64,000 bases of DNA from Alphaproteobacteria bacterium (GCA_038131935.1 JAYPQH010000005.1:1-64000); one strand, 5' to 3'; shown: positions 42,656 through 53,462, numbered from the stretch's first letter. The notes: a model not told the origin generated them from the sequence alone. Translations and numbers: made by a program.

Positions 42656-44627
42656 TCACTCGTTGGTTTTTGACGGCCAAATATCAGACGAAATATGTTC
42701 AAACAGGCGATTTGCCCCCCATATACTCAGATGGTTGTTGTCAAAATAGAGTGGCTTTTCTTCCTCTGATGCGAAACATTTTTGGCTGTCACAAAAAACA
42801 TCTTCTGCGAACAACAACTGGGTATGTGAGGCTTGTATCTTTTCGTAGAAGGGCTTCAACACCTGGATGCGTTGGTCAAATATCTGCCGTTGGGTTGTGA
42901 CCGGTTTTTGTGTTTGATGCAGACGTTTTGGTACGTCCCAGCCCACTTCAGGAATGCTGGAGATAACAAATAACCGAACATCCTTTTCCAGCAATGCTGA
43001 AAAATACTTTACCAAGGCGTCCTCTATAGCTTTTTGGCGTTGGGGTAAGGGGCGGGGGGTATCAGCAAATTGCCGATCATCAAACAACACGTGCGATGTT
43101 TTTCCTTGTTCAACCCCACCCTCGCCATTATCAAATCGCGTGGTATTGAAATACAGTGCAAAGCGCGCCGAAATCAGAACATTCTTAATGCCCAATGTGG
43201 AGATTTCGTCTAACAGGTTACGGTAATGTTCCGGACAAGGTTTGTTCTTACGGCTGTCCTGTCGGATCAAATCCATGGCCGGGGGGCATCCTTCCATGGT
43301 TCTGACGAGCGCTGAGATGTTCCGTTTGCGTAGCTGGTTGCCAAAGCTTTCTTGCAAACTGTCAGCATGGCTATCTCCAATCAGCATCCATGTTGGCTTT
43401 TGGCTCAAATCTCCCCATTGCTCTTGTGATTGGCTCCTTAAGAATGAGGGCTCGTTAAGAGCAAGGAATGTGCGGTCAAATCTCTGCGTGGCAAAACCAT
43501 TGCTAAGGATCCCCCAAATCGCAAAAGACCCAAGAAGCAATGCGCTCGTGAGCATCAAGATGGCAAAATGGCGGGTGGGTACAGCCAAGCGATTGCGGCA
43601 TGGTTTTTCTACAAATCGCCAGCTTAGGTAGCTTAACCCCATGATAGATATGCATAAGCCGATCATGATCAATGGGCTTGGAGGTTCGCCTGAAGTGATG
43701 CGTGTAAAGGCAAAAACAGGTTGGTGCCATAAATAGGCAGAATAGCTGATCAGCCCTATTTGGACCAAGATTGGGTGGTTCAAAATACTGGCAACCAGGC
43801 TACCTTTTGTGGCGAACATGATGATCAACAAGGTGCCAATGACGGGCAAAAGGGTGTAAAAACTGGGTGCCGGCAACCCATTATGGATGGTGGCAAAGCC
43901 AAGCAAAAGAAAACCAAGCCCCAAGAGGGGGAGAATATGCAGGGTGAAAATATTTTGAGGGATGGTTCTTTTACCCAAAAAGAATGCAACAGCTGCACCT
44001 GAAAGAAGTTCCCATGCGCGGGTTGGCGCAAGATAAAAATGAACCTCAGGGAAATTTCTCCAGCCCCATTCGCTTAAGCCAAAACTGAGAACAATGCCCA
44101 AAACAATCGCATGCGGGATATAACGTGAGCGGTATCGCCATAAGAGCATCAGTAGGAGGGAAGACGATATAATATTGCTCTTCAACGGCCAGGCTCCAGC
44201 TATGCAACCATGGGATTTCCTCAGCGGCAGGGGCAAAATAGTCATTTTGCTGCGCAAACAATATGTTTGAGGAAAAAAACAAAACAGCAAGAAGGCTTGC
44301 ACAAAAGTCTTCCATGGCTGTTGGTCGCAAAACAATCCATGCTGCAGGAAGCGTTGATGCCATGACCAAAAATAGGGCTGGCAACAACCGCCTTGCCCGT
44401 CTTTCATAAAAAGACAATAGCTGGAATGTCCCCTTGGCTTGTTGTTCAAGAATAATACTGGTGATGAGAAAGCCGCTGATCACGAAAAAGATATCAACGC
44501 CAATAAATCCTCCAGAAAACCCGGCAAATCCAGCATGATAGAAAACAACAGGCAGCACAGCTACTGCCCGTAACCCATCAATTTCAGGGCGGTATGTGAG
44601 GTGCTGGTGGAGGGGTGATGATGACAT
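42656..44627 (-). CDS. Acyltransferase-3 + SGNH fused O-acyltransferase (OafA/OatA-like); frameshift at about 44157
   Basis: YRPEIDGLRAVAV, GVDIFFVISG, HSWSLAVEEQYY, ISYSAYLWHQP; SGNH motifs GDSH and DNNH. Confidence 0.92.
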
Positions 44628-44664
44628 GGTCGTTAAGTTGTCACAATGGCGAGGGGCAACCCGG

Positions 44665-45168
44665 TTAGGTTTGCAATGGCTCTGGCGGAGGTAATTGTTT
44701 GATCACGCGGCCCAATTGCTCGGGTTTATCCAAGTGACGATGGGCATGGTAAAGGGAGTTAAACATGGCAAAGCTCTCATCATCCATGGGGCTTACACGA
44801 CGATAGGCTTGATCGATATGCAGCTGCATGATTTCAGATTGGGCGGCAAGATAATGTTCATCCGCATGATACATATTTTGACAAATATGGATTCGTTTGC
44901 GATCCAACCCCACCAATTGTTGGGTGATGCGCAAGGGGTCACCCTCCCGCAGTTCCCGTCGGTAATGAATATGAAAATCACCTACAAATGTGGTGATGTT
45001 TTTGCGTTTTTTGTAATCTCTATGAAAACCCACATGATCAAGAATATCATCAAGGGCAAGATCGAAGGCCATCATGTAGTAGGCCACATTCATATGGCCG
45101 TTATAATCTATCCATTCAGGCTTGACGAATTGACGATTGCCTTCAAAAGCGGTGGCACTTGTTTCCAT
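44665..45168 (-). CDS. Hotdog-fold thioesterase (4HBT-like)
   Basis: VKPEWIDYNGHMNVAYY, HIHYRREL. Confidence 0.88.
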   Translation of the reverse strand: METSATAFEGNRQFVKPEWIDYNGHMNVAYYMMAFDLALDDILDHVGFHRDYKKRKNITTFVGDFHIHYRRELREGDPLRITQQLVGLDRKRIHICQNMYHADEHYLAAQSEIMQLHIDQAYRRVSPMDDESFAMFNSLYHAHRHLDKPEQLGRVIKQLPPPEPLQT

Positions 45169-45605
45169 GTTTTTTCCCTTTGGTTCTATGCCCCAGACAA
45201 AAAAGCAAAAAAATGGCAGGCAAATATATGCCAGCCAAACAGATGTGGGCAAACGAGTTTGGGTACCCATACATGTTTTAGGGAACTTGTTAGATTTTTT
45301 CAATTTTTTGCTTTTGGGGGGCTGAATGACCCATTTTTGTCTTTGCTGTTGGTCTTCCCGCATCAGTCAGCAGAGGAACGATGCCAAGCTTACCCATGCC
45401 ATACCTACCTTGTCATGAAGGTTATAGCTGCAACCTTCATGGATATATGGGTGATGTGTGTTGGTTTATGTCGATCTTCCCATCGACATATTAAGACTTT
45501 GTCCTGGGTGACATAAGTGCTGCAAAATGGCGCTCCTGTAATACCATCTATGTTTAGCCCTCAAAGTTCAGCTCTTCCTATCAACTTTTTTCGAAATCAA
45601 AAACC

Positions 45606-45944
45606 TTATGATTGAGGTTTGCATTGGGGGATATAGGATAGGTAGACAGGAGGTAGCCCACAACGTCCACCTACCATGGGCGCCATTTGTGGTTTTGTTG
45701 AATGGCCAAGCCGCTGTGTTTTTTGAGCCTGTTGCTGTTTTTGACAGGCGCGGTCCTGGGCGGCTTGTTTTTTAACAATGTTTGCTTTGTTTTGGGCAAA
45801 GCATGCCTTGCATTGATTGTTGTTGCCACAGATATCTGCGATGAGCTTGTCAAATGGATGTTTTTCTATTTCAGCACGTGCACAGGCTGAGATCATCAAA
45901 AGGGCCAAAAACACAAAATAGGGGCCGTGGAAAAATTTCTTCAT
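45606..45944 (-). CDS. Small exported Cys-rich protein, possible lipoprotein
   Basis: Signal peptide MKKFF...LALLMISAC; six more Cys; AAGGA RBS. Confidence 0.65.
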   Translation of the reverse strand: MKKFFHGPYFVFLALLMISACARAEIEKHPFDKLIADICGNNNQCKACFAQNKANIVKKQAAQDRACQKQQQAQKTQRLGHSTKPQMAPMVGGRCGLPPVYLSYIPQCKPQS

Positions 45945-46028
45945 TGTCCGTTATCCTTACCATGTATGTGTCATCACCATGCATGATATTCATGACGTTA
46001 CCATGGATAACAATCAACAAATTGTGCA

Positions 46029-46300
46029 TTATTTGAATGGAGGAATGCTGATTGATCTGTCTTGCGCGAGCTCAAATATAGCTGAGACATTTTTCAAGCC
46101 CACCCAAACCCACGGTATCAATGATGGTTTTCCCCCGAGATAGCAGCCTTTAATTTTCGTTATCACCAAGCCAGGTTGAACGAGAATACCTGTCATGACT
46201 TGGTACTTGGCTTTGATTATAACGCTTGCTTCATGGCAACGATAAGCAAAAGACTCCAAAATGCGGCTGCAACAACAATATAATGGTCAAAAGAGTTCAC
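46029..46300 (-). pseudogene. Possible relic of a small secreted protein gene
   Basis: GGAG plus GTG at 46300. A signal-like TLLTIILLL reads in one frame and ESFA-YRCH...GCYL in another. Confidence 0.3.
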
Positions 46301-46413
46301 GTTAAGCACTCCATGGGTGAATGATATACATGATTGCTGCATCGCAAAATAATTATTGCATCGCAATATAAAATACTGAGGGTTCATTATGTATGTTTTG
46401 CATGGCTCTTCTT

Positions 46414-47016
46414 TTACCACATGCGTTCGCGGGATCGTTCCTCATAATGACGGTCATATTCTTCGCCGCCTTCTCGCCCTTCGGTCATTTCTGCCATGAT
46501 GGTTCCCACCGTTGGAAGATTTGGATTTTCTTCTGCGTTCCAGAGATTTGAGCGCATCAAGGCTTTTGCGCATTGGCTATAGACCTCTTGAATATGGATC
46601 AGAATAACCGTGGTGGGATGGCGTGATTTTTGCGCAAATTGTTGGCAGATTTCTGGATCATCTGTCAGTTGTGCTGTTGCATTCACACGGATTGTGGTCG
46701 TTGATCCAGGTGCCATAAAAAGAAGTGCAACACGGCCGTCTTGTACAATATCTTTTAAGGCTTCGATTCGATTGTTTCCGCGCCAATCTGGAAGCCATAA
46801 TGTTGCGTTATCCACCACGCGCACCACAGGGCCGTTATCACCACGGGGTGTTGCATGGACACCTTGCTCGCCTACGGTTGATAAGATGCAAAAACAAGAT
46901 TGCTCGATCCAAGCTCGATAACTTTTGGTTAAAACAGGTGACACTTTCGAGATCGATAATGGGACGGGTGGGCCATAAAGGGATGTCAATTGTTCAAAAT
47001 TTTTGATGATGCGCAT
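46414..47016 (-). CDS. Pyridoxamine 5'-phosphate oxidase-related FMN-binding protein
   Basis: TPRGD, LPDWRGNNR, LLFMAPG, YSQCAKALMRSNLW. Confidence 0.9.
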   Translation of the reverse strand: MRIIKNFEQLTSLYGPPVPLSISKVSPVLTKSYRAWIEQSCFCILSTVGEQGVHATPRGDNGPVVRVVDNATLWLPDWRGNNRIEALKDIVQDGRVALLFMAPGSTTTIRVNATAQLTDDPEICQQFAQKSRHPTTVILIHIQEVYSQCAKALMRSNLWNAEENPNLPTVGTIMAEMTEGREGGEEYDRHYEERSRERMW

Positions 47017-47092
47017 GGTGGGGACCCTTTAACAAAAATACATGACAGCCAGCCTATGATAGAACATCATCCCAGAAAGTCATGCCAGTAAA

Positions 47093-47728
47093 TTATGACA
47101 GTAAATGATGATAGGCTGTCATCAATTCTGTGGCTTTCTGTTTTACATGCATCAAATCCATATTGGGGGTAAACAATGCCGAGCCTAACCCAAAACCTGA
47201 GGCGCCGGCAGCATGATAGATGGCCATATTTTGAGGATTGATGCCTCCAACGGCATAGAGCTTAGCATTTTGGGGAAGGACAGCGCGCATGGCTTTAATG
47301 GCTTGTGGTGGTATCATTTCACATGGGAAAAGTTTCAATGTTTCCGTGCCAAGCTTTAGGGCGGCAAATGCTTCTGTTGGTGTCATGACCCCAGGACACC
47401 AGGTGAGGTCCGCGGACAAACTGGCCTGTCCTACATCCTCATCCATGTTGGGGGCGACAATCAATTGTCCCCCTGCCATGGCCACGTCATCAACATCCGC
47501 CGCTGACAATACGGTACCCGCACCCACCAGTATCTGACCACCATATTTTTGCGAGATGATGTTGATGGATTTGAGAGGCTCTGGTGAATTGAGGGGAACT
47601 TCAATGATCCCAAATCCTGCATCTACCAGAATATCTGCCACCTCTTCGGCTTGATCAGGCGACAATCCCCGCAGGATCGCTATCAAAGGGGTTGCTTGGA
47701 GGAGCTTTTCTGATGGTGGTTTGGTCAT
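47093..47728 (-). CDS. dgoA: 2-dehydro-3-deoxy-6-phosphogalactonate aldolase
   Basis: PLIAILRG, IEVPLNSP, GAGTV, LKLFP, AVGGI; directly after dgoK. Confidence 0.9.
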   Translation of the reverse strand: MTKPPSEKLLQATPLIAILRGLSPDQAEEVADILVDAGFGIIEVPLNSPEPLKSINIISQKYGGQILVGAGTVLSAADVDDVAMAGGQLIVAPNMDEDVGQASLSADLTWCPGVMTPTEAFAALKLGTETLKLFPCEMIPPQAIKAMRAVLPQNAKLYAVGGINPQNMAIYHAAGASGFGLGSALFTPNMDLMHVKQKATELMTAYHHLLS

Positions 47729-48645
47729 GATATCAATCCTGCGCGCTGGGCGATTGCCATATGGCCTGAGGTAACGATGTCAGGATGGAATAAATTTGTC
47801 TCAAATCCTAGATGTTCCAAAGCTGTGGCATAACGTTGGGTTAAGCCTTCACTGCCAATCAGACAGACTTGCTCTTGGCCTTTTAGATTCAACTGTTGCC
47901 CCCCCAATTCATGTCCAATCAATAGGCCTGATAAATAATTTCCTGCTTGTGGGGCTGTGAGGCCGCCGAACAAAGAAGAAGCGCGAATGTGAAACAGGTG
48001 GTTGAGTAGGCCTGGACCAGAGGTAAGCCCACGATCTACCCCTTTTAGATACATGGCTTCGTCAAAATCACCCTCAGCAATGCTTGCTTTAAGGATGGTA
48101 TGCTGGCTCAGGCTTGCAAAGACTTCACCGGTCATAAAGGTCCGAAATTGATTGATGGTACCCCCATGAATATCAGCCCATTTGCTGTGGGTGCCTGGAA
48201 GAATACACCAGCCATCAGGCATGCCGGACAAATAAGCGCCAAGAAGTTGGGTTTCTTCCCCCCTCATCACGTCAATATGCTCAGGGGTTTGATCCATCAC
48301 ACCACCCACAAAATAGATATGGGCATGACCCTCCCAAGGGATAGCTATCAATGCGTCAGCCAACTCCAAGCTGCTGGTAGGTGTGGGAAGATAAGAGGTC
48401 TCAACCCAGCCTTGGCGGCTGGTGATCATTCCGGAGGCCAAAATGGGTAAAGGTCCATATACCTGCCAATCTTGTATGGTTTCTTTAAGAACAGCTCCAA
48501 AGTCTCCGTCTTGGACCTGCATGATGCCTTTTGAGGCTGACCTTTTGTCTAATACATGACCTTGAGGGTCGAGGAGATAAGCGCGCAAGGCGCTTGTCCC
48601 CCAATCAAGACTTATCAATGTTGGTTTAGATGCGGCCAAATTCAT
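47725..48645 (-). CDS. dgoK: 2-dehydro-3-deoxygalactonokinase
   Basis: DWGTSALRAY, SRQGW, DVMRGEETQ, PGTHSKW, TFMTGE. Confidence 0.94.
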   Translation of the reverse strand: MNLAASKPTLISLDWGTSALRAYLLDPQGHVLDKRSASKGIMQVQDGDFGAVLKETIQDWQVYGPLPILASGMITSRQGWVETSYLPTPTSSLELADALIAIPWEGHAHIYFVGGVMDQTPEHIDVMRGEETQLLGAYLSGMPDGWCILPGTHSKWADIHGGTINQFRTFMTGEVFASLSQHTILKASIAEGDFDEAMYLKGVDRGLTSGPGLLNHLFHIRASSLFGGLTAPQAGNYLSGLLIGHELGGQQLNLKGQEQVCLIGSEGLTQRYATALEHLGFETNLFHPDIVTSGHMAIAQRAGLIS

Positions 48646-49297
48646 TTAACAGGTCCTCGACCGTTTTGCCCTGCGCAACCCATTTGCGGGTTTCTTCTTC
48701 GCGTTGGGCTTGTTCTTGGGCAAGGGCTACAACCTCTGCGGCCCGCTCTTGCGGGATCACTGTTACCCCCATGAGATCGGCCACCACAAAGTCACCTGGG
48801 TTCACGACCACACCGCCACAAGCGATAGGGACGTTGATGGAGAGCTCTTCTTTCCTACCTGAGAACATGGTGTGGGTTCCTTTAGGGGTGATGGCACGTG
48901 TCCAAATAGGCCAATTGATGTCTTCCAATTCATCTGTATCACGCCCGGCGCCATCAATGATCATGCCCCTTATCCCTCGGTTTTGGGCCAAGCCGCCCAT
49001 CAAACCACCGCAAACAGATGTGTTGAGGTCCCCGCCAGCATCAACAACAATAACATCACCGGGTTGGCCCATTTCTAGAGCCTTTAAAGGATCAACAAGG
49101 TCACCTTTGGAGAGTTGAACCGTGATGGCTTGTCCTGTAATTTTTGCACGAAATGCTGGTTTGATTCCACTATCCATCACACCTGTTCGGTACTGCACAT
49201 CCGCAAAAACGGCTGTGGCTGAGTAGCATGAGATAACGTCATCAAATTTTTTCAGCAAATCAGGTTGGCGTTCAAAATCTTTATAAACTTGTAACAT
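48626..49297 (-). CDS. RraA/HMG-CHA aldolase family protein
   Basis: PGDVIVVDAGG, CGGLM...IIDGAGRD, PGDFVVAD. Confidence 0.9.
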   Translation of the reverse strand: MLQVYKDFERQPDLLKKFDDVISCYSATAVFADVQYRTGVMDSGIKPAFRAKITGQAITVQLSKGDLVDPLKALEMGQPGDVIVVDAGGDLNTSVCGGLMGGLAQNRGIRGMIIDGAGRDTDELEDINWPIWTRAITPKGTHTMFSGRKEELSINVPIACGGVVVNPGDFVVADLMGVTVIPQERAAEVVALAQEQAQREEETRKWVAQGKTVEDLLNEFGRI

Positions 49298-49322
49298 GAT
49301 GTCTCCTTCATGGTTGTGATGT

Positions 49323-50318
49323 TTAAATATGATTGACTGGATATGAAGGCGCTAAACCTTTGAGCACGCGGGCCACCTCATATGCGGCGGTTTCACGTGC
49401 CTGACGCAGTGACTGTTCTGAATAGTAGGCCGCATGAGGGGTGATCAAAACTTTGGGATGGGTAAATAAAGGATTGTCAGATGGTGACCATTGGGCTCGT
49501 TTTGCCGGTTCTTCCTCGGTGTCATCCAATGCAGCACCTGCGCATTGCCCACGACAAAGCGCATCATAGAGGGCTTTGTTGTCAACAGTTGGTCCTCTGC
49601 CAGTATTGATCAACAAAGCTCCGCTTTTCATGAGCGCAAATTCTTTATGCGAAAGAAAATGATGGGTTTCTTGATTCATTGGGGCCTGCATCAAGATGGC
49701 ATCAGATTCTCTAAGCAATTGTTCCTTAGACACCAGGGTAACATCTTCTACCTGTCCATTAGAGGTTTTTAGATAGGGGTCATAGGCAATCAGACGCACG
49801 CCAAAGGGGCGAGCCCGCTTAGCAATAGCGCGGCCAATTTTCCCAAATGAAACAATGCCCAATGTTTGACCTCGTATTCGTTGCAGAGGCTGTGCAGATT
49901 GCCATCTCCATATGCCCTGATGGGTCGCTTGGTCATAAGCTGAAACCCCACGTGCCAAATTCAGCCAAAGGGCTATGGCATGGTCAGCCACTTCATCGGT
50001 GCAATAATCTTGCACATTTGTGACTTGAATATTTTTGGCGGTCGCCGCATCCACAGCCACAATATCAACCCCCACACCATACCGCGCGATGACTTTGCAT
50101 TGTTGCATGCGTTCAATGGTCTTCTCACCAATTCTTGCATATTGATTGATCATCCCTGCACAAGTCGGCGCAACAGCTGCCAAATCATCTTCAGACTTCG
50201 CCTGAAGGGCCATGACCTGAATGCCCTCAGCGTTCAAAATATTGCGCTCAATATCAATGTCACCAAAATCATAATCTGTGATCACCACCATAGGCGCATC
50301 GTCGCGAAGAGAGGGCAT
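49323..50318 (-). CDS. D-2-hydroxyacid dehydrogenase (CtBP-like)
   Basis: RYGVGVD, DYCTDEVADH, SFGKIG, INTGRG, ITPHAAYYSE. Confidence 0.93.
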   Translation of the reverse strand: MPSLRDDAPMVVITDYDFGDIDIERNILNAEGIQVMALQAKSEDDLAAVAPTCAGMINQYARIGEKTIERMQQCKVIARYGVGVDIVAVDAATAKNIQVTNVQDYCTDEVADHAIALWLNLARGVSAYDQATHQGIWRWQSAQPLQRIRGQTLGIVSFGKIGRAIAKRARPFGVRLIAYDPYLKTSNGQVEDVTLVSKEQLLRESDAILMQAPMNQETHHFLSHKEFALMKSGALLINTGRGPTVDNKALYDALCRGQCAGAALDDTEEEPAKRAQWSPSDNPLFTHPKVLITPHAAYYSEQSLRQARETAAYEVARVLKGLAPSYPVNHI

Positions 50319-50556
50319 ATTACTCGTTATCCTTTAGAAATGATATGATTGGTGACATAACAAAGCGGTCTGAGACTGCTTTGTCCAGTATGCACATCAA
50401 AGATGTTCAAGGTTACCATATTTTGCGTAAAAACTGTAAGTTTATATTTACAAATACAGTGAAATTCGTCAAAATATCTTATTGCCAAGAAAATGTTTGC
50501 GTATTATGTCAGAAAAAAATGACATAATAGGCTTTGTGAATGGATAGGGGAAAATC

Positions 50557-50856
50557 ATGTGGAAATGTATTGGGATCGTTTTGGTTTTGCTTTTTGCGAT
50601 CATGTTAACGGCCACATCGTTGGTTTCTGCGTAACTTTTTTGACAAAGACAAAAAGACCTGCGTTGGTTTAAGTTTTTGGTGTTTGCCAAGACAGCTTTG
50701 TTGCGTTCTTTTTTGATCTTTTGCGCTTATGACGCCTCAAAGCATGGTTTCTGGAATCTGTGCAGCAAAAGATCAGGTGCCAGCTCGTTCTGCCTCTAAT
50801 ACATGCAGGAAGACGCATGGGGGATCATATCGCGCTATCAGCCTCACGGTTGGTGA
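50557..50856 (+). pseudogene. Possible relic of a small secreted protein gene
   Basis: An RBS and a complete signal peptide MWKCIGIVLVLLFAIMLTATSLVSA are followed at once by TAA (50632). Further stop-interrupted, Cys-containing sequence follows. Confidence 0.35.
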
Positions 50857-50919
50857 ACCATGAGGTTTTTTGAGTTTTAGACCTTTTGATATCTTCTAAT
50901 GGGGCGTTAAGAGTTTTTT

Positions 50920-52550
50920 TTATCTGTGGTCTTCAAGGATCATATCTGCACCTTTTTCCGCGATCATGATGGTGGCGGCATTCGTGTTCGCAGAGACCAT
51001 GCTTGGCATGATGGACGCATCCACAATACGCAAATGTGGAATGTTTTTTGCCCTTAACCTTTGATCTACCACTGCCTTTTCATCCTGGCCCATACGGCAT
51101 GTGCTGACCGCATGATAAACCGTGGCGCCACGTTCCCTCACATAATGAAGGATCTGGTTTTCATCATCAATTGCCGGGCCTGGTAAAGTTTCCCCATTTG
51201 AGAAGGCTTGAAGTTGTGGGCTGCTTAACAATGTTCGACACCATTTGACGCCATCTATCATGGCTTGTTGGTCTGTCGGGTCGCTCAGGTAATTGGGTTG
51301 GATAATGGGAGCATCTAAGCTGTTAGGCGTTGTCGCGCGCACAAAGCCTCTGCTTTCGGGGCGAAGCTGCCATACCCCGCATGTCATGCCTGGGGTCTTC
51401 TGAAGTTGTCCAATCATTCCATCTGAATAGCTGGCAGGTGTGAACACAAATTGCAGATCTGGCTGTTCAAGATGTGGTTGAGAGCGTAAGAAGGTAGCGA
51501 CATGCGCGGGGCTGAAAGCCAGAAGCCCTTTGCCCGTGGTTAACCATTTGATGATTTCCCACCCTAATCTTAATCCTTGGGCCCGTTCATTTAAGGTGAT
51601 GGGTTGGCGGACTGCATGCACAACCCGAACGGCATAATGATCTTGAAGCCCAGCGCCAATGCCTGGGATGTCGCGTTTCACAGAAATTCCAGCGTCTTGT
51701 AACCAAGATCCTGGGCCAAAGCCTGAACATTGAAGAATATGTGGGCTACCTATAGCGCCTGCTGACAAAATGATTTCACGCCGGGCCGTGATTGAAACTG
51801 TTTGTCCTGAACGATGCGCATGAACAGTACCATCATGTTCAGCATCTTTTGGGGTGATCTTGGACACATGGGTTTGGGTAAAAAGGGTTAAATTTTTACG
51901 CCCCAAGATAGGTTTCAAAAATGCATGGTAAGCACTCCAGCGTCTGCCCTGTTTGATGGTGCGCTGATAATACCCAACCCCTTCTTGTTCTAAGCCGTTG
52001 TAATCAGGGTTTCTTGGGATACCTAGATCCTCAGCGCCTTGGATGAACGCTTCGCAAAGGGGATGGCGTTCATGGATGTCAGAGACATGTAGAGGGCCCT
52101 CTGTTCCATGAAATGCATCATCTTCTCTCGCATCTGTGGAGGCCCGTTGTTCTGATTTTTGAAAGTAACCAAGGACATCATCATACGCCCAGCCTTGATT
52201 GCCCAATTGTGCCCAATGGTCATAATCAGCGCGTTGGCCCCGAACATACAGATGTCCATTAATCGCACTTGATCCTCCCAAAAGCTTTCCCCTTGGGAAC
52301 AGGATGCTGCGGTCATGCACATGAGGGGATGGTTCTGTCTTGAAACACCAATTGAATTTTGGATGGTCAATGGTTTTGATGAAACCAGCGGGCGCTTCGA
52401 TGTAAGGATGATGGTCAACTTTTTTCCTGCCTCAATCAGCGCCACCTTATAACGACCGTCAGCTGTCAGCCTGTTGGCCAGGACACAACCCGCTGATCCA
52501 GCGCCGATAATGACAAAGTCAAAGTCATGCCCGTCAGATATGGTTTCCAT
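50920..52550 (-). CDS. GMC family oxidoreductase (choline dehydrogenase-like); frameshifts at about 52370-52425
   Basis: [57 protein letters not shown]. Confidence 0.93.
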
Positions 52551-52809
52551 GCTCTCTCCCCTCTAATCATCAATCATGATCTCATGAGCTCACGCACTTT
52601 TATGTTATCCATGAATATTCAAAATATTAAAGAAGATATGCGATGACCATAGATGCATTGGTTTTCATGCGGCAACCAAAGATTGGAATAGAGATGACAG
52701 GTTAAGGAGAGCTTGAAAATGGTTAAAAGCCATTTTTATGCAGCAAAGAATTTTCTCAAGCCATTATACGATTATAGAATCTGCGGGTCTTCGTTGTGGG
52801 AAGTAAATA

Positions 52810-53309
52810 CTAGTCTATTTTGCAGTCATCTTTCGTTTTAAACAGAAGTACTTTTATTCCATTTTCAAGCCTATGATCGGTAACAACCTTGATCATTACA
52901 TGTGGCTGTCATGCTCCTGATCCTTTGATCATGCGAAGCCTTTGAGCGCATTCAAATAATGCACTGCTTGAGGGGCGAAGAGACCCAATATGTAGAACAG
53001 AAGGGATCCCGTTTGGTGTTTGAGGGTTTTCAATTCTGTAGATGCTATGGCCTGGTATTTTGTCAATTTTGCTCACGTCACAGATCCGGAGGGTGCAGTT
53101 GCGGCATGGATTGCCAAATGAAAACGGATTGTGGTCATTTCCTTGGCATTGTCCAGAAGTCGTATGTTTTTGCGTTGTGGTTTGCGCACATGCAAAATCA
53201 CCAATCGTCATGCCCAACAAAAAGACGAGAGATAGAGCTTTGAAAAAGGGAAGGAGTCGACCACGAATAAATGCTTTTTGTGATGGGTTATGCCAATTGC
53301 CTCTAACAT
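52810..53309 (-). pseudogene. Disrupted paralog of the C-terminal domain of the 53486-54310 protein
   Basis: GQCQGND...PCRNCTLRICD...NPQTP...IKGSG aligns to the neighbour. After an in-frame TGA at 52911-52909, homology (QPHV...LF...C) continues to TAG 52810. The start and signal peptide are frameshifted. Confidence 0.7.
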
Positions 53310-53432
53310 TCGTGGCTTCCTATCTTGAAGAGTATCCTTTGTTGGGTAGATGCATATTTTTGCCTATGCTTGAACTTCATTTAAAACATAACTTGAATTT
53401 AGCATGTTGATGAGATGATGAGGTTGCGTATT

Positions 53433-53462
53433 AAAAAAATGGGCCGTAAAGGCCCAGTTTTT
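53433..53462. terminator. Intrinsic terminator downstream of 53486-54310
   Basis: aaaaaaatgggcc-gtaaa-ggcccagttttt. Confidence 0.8.

Noticed and set aside
44150-44165. Phase variation of the O-acyltransferase by slipped-strand frameshift
   Set aside because: The site is only a 3-base run, not a long SSR tract, and similar indels affect many unrelated genes.
44695-45516. 273-aa plus-strand ORF antisense to the thioesterase
   Set aside because: It has no recognisable motifs and lies opposite a clear hotdog-fold gene, so it is treated as a shadow ORF.
52909-52911. In-frame TGA aligned to Gly, suggesting recoding (genetic code 25) or selenocysteine
   Set aside because: Many conserved genes here end properly at TGA (helicase, leuC, wzz), and the position aligns to Gly rather than Cys. 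A GGA>TGA change or a sequencing error is simpler.
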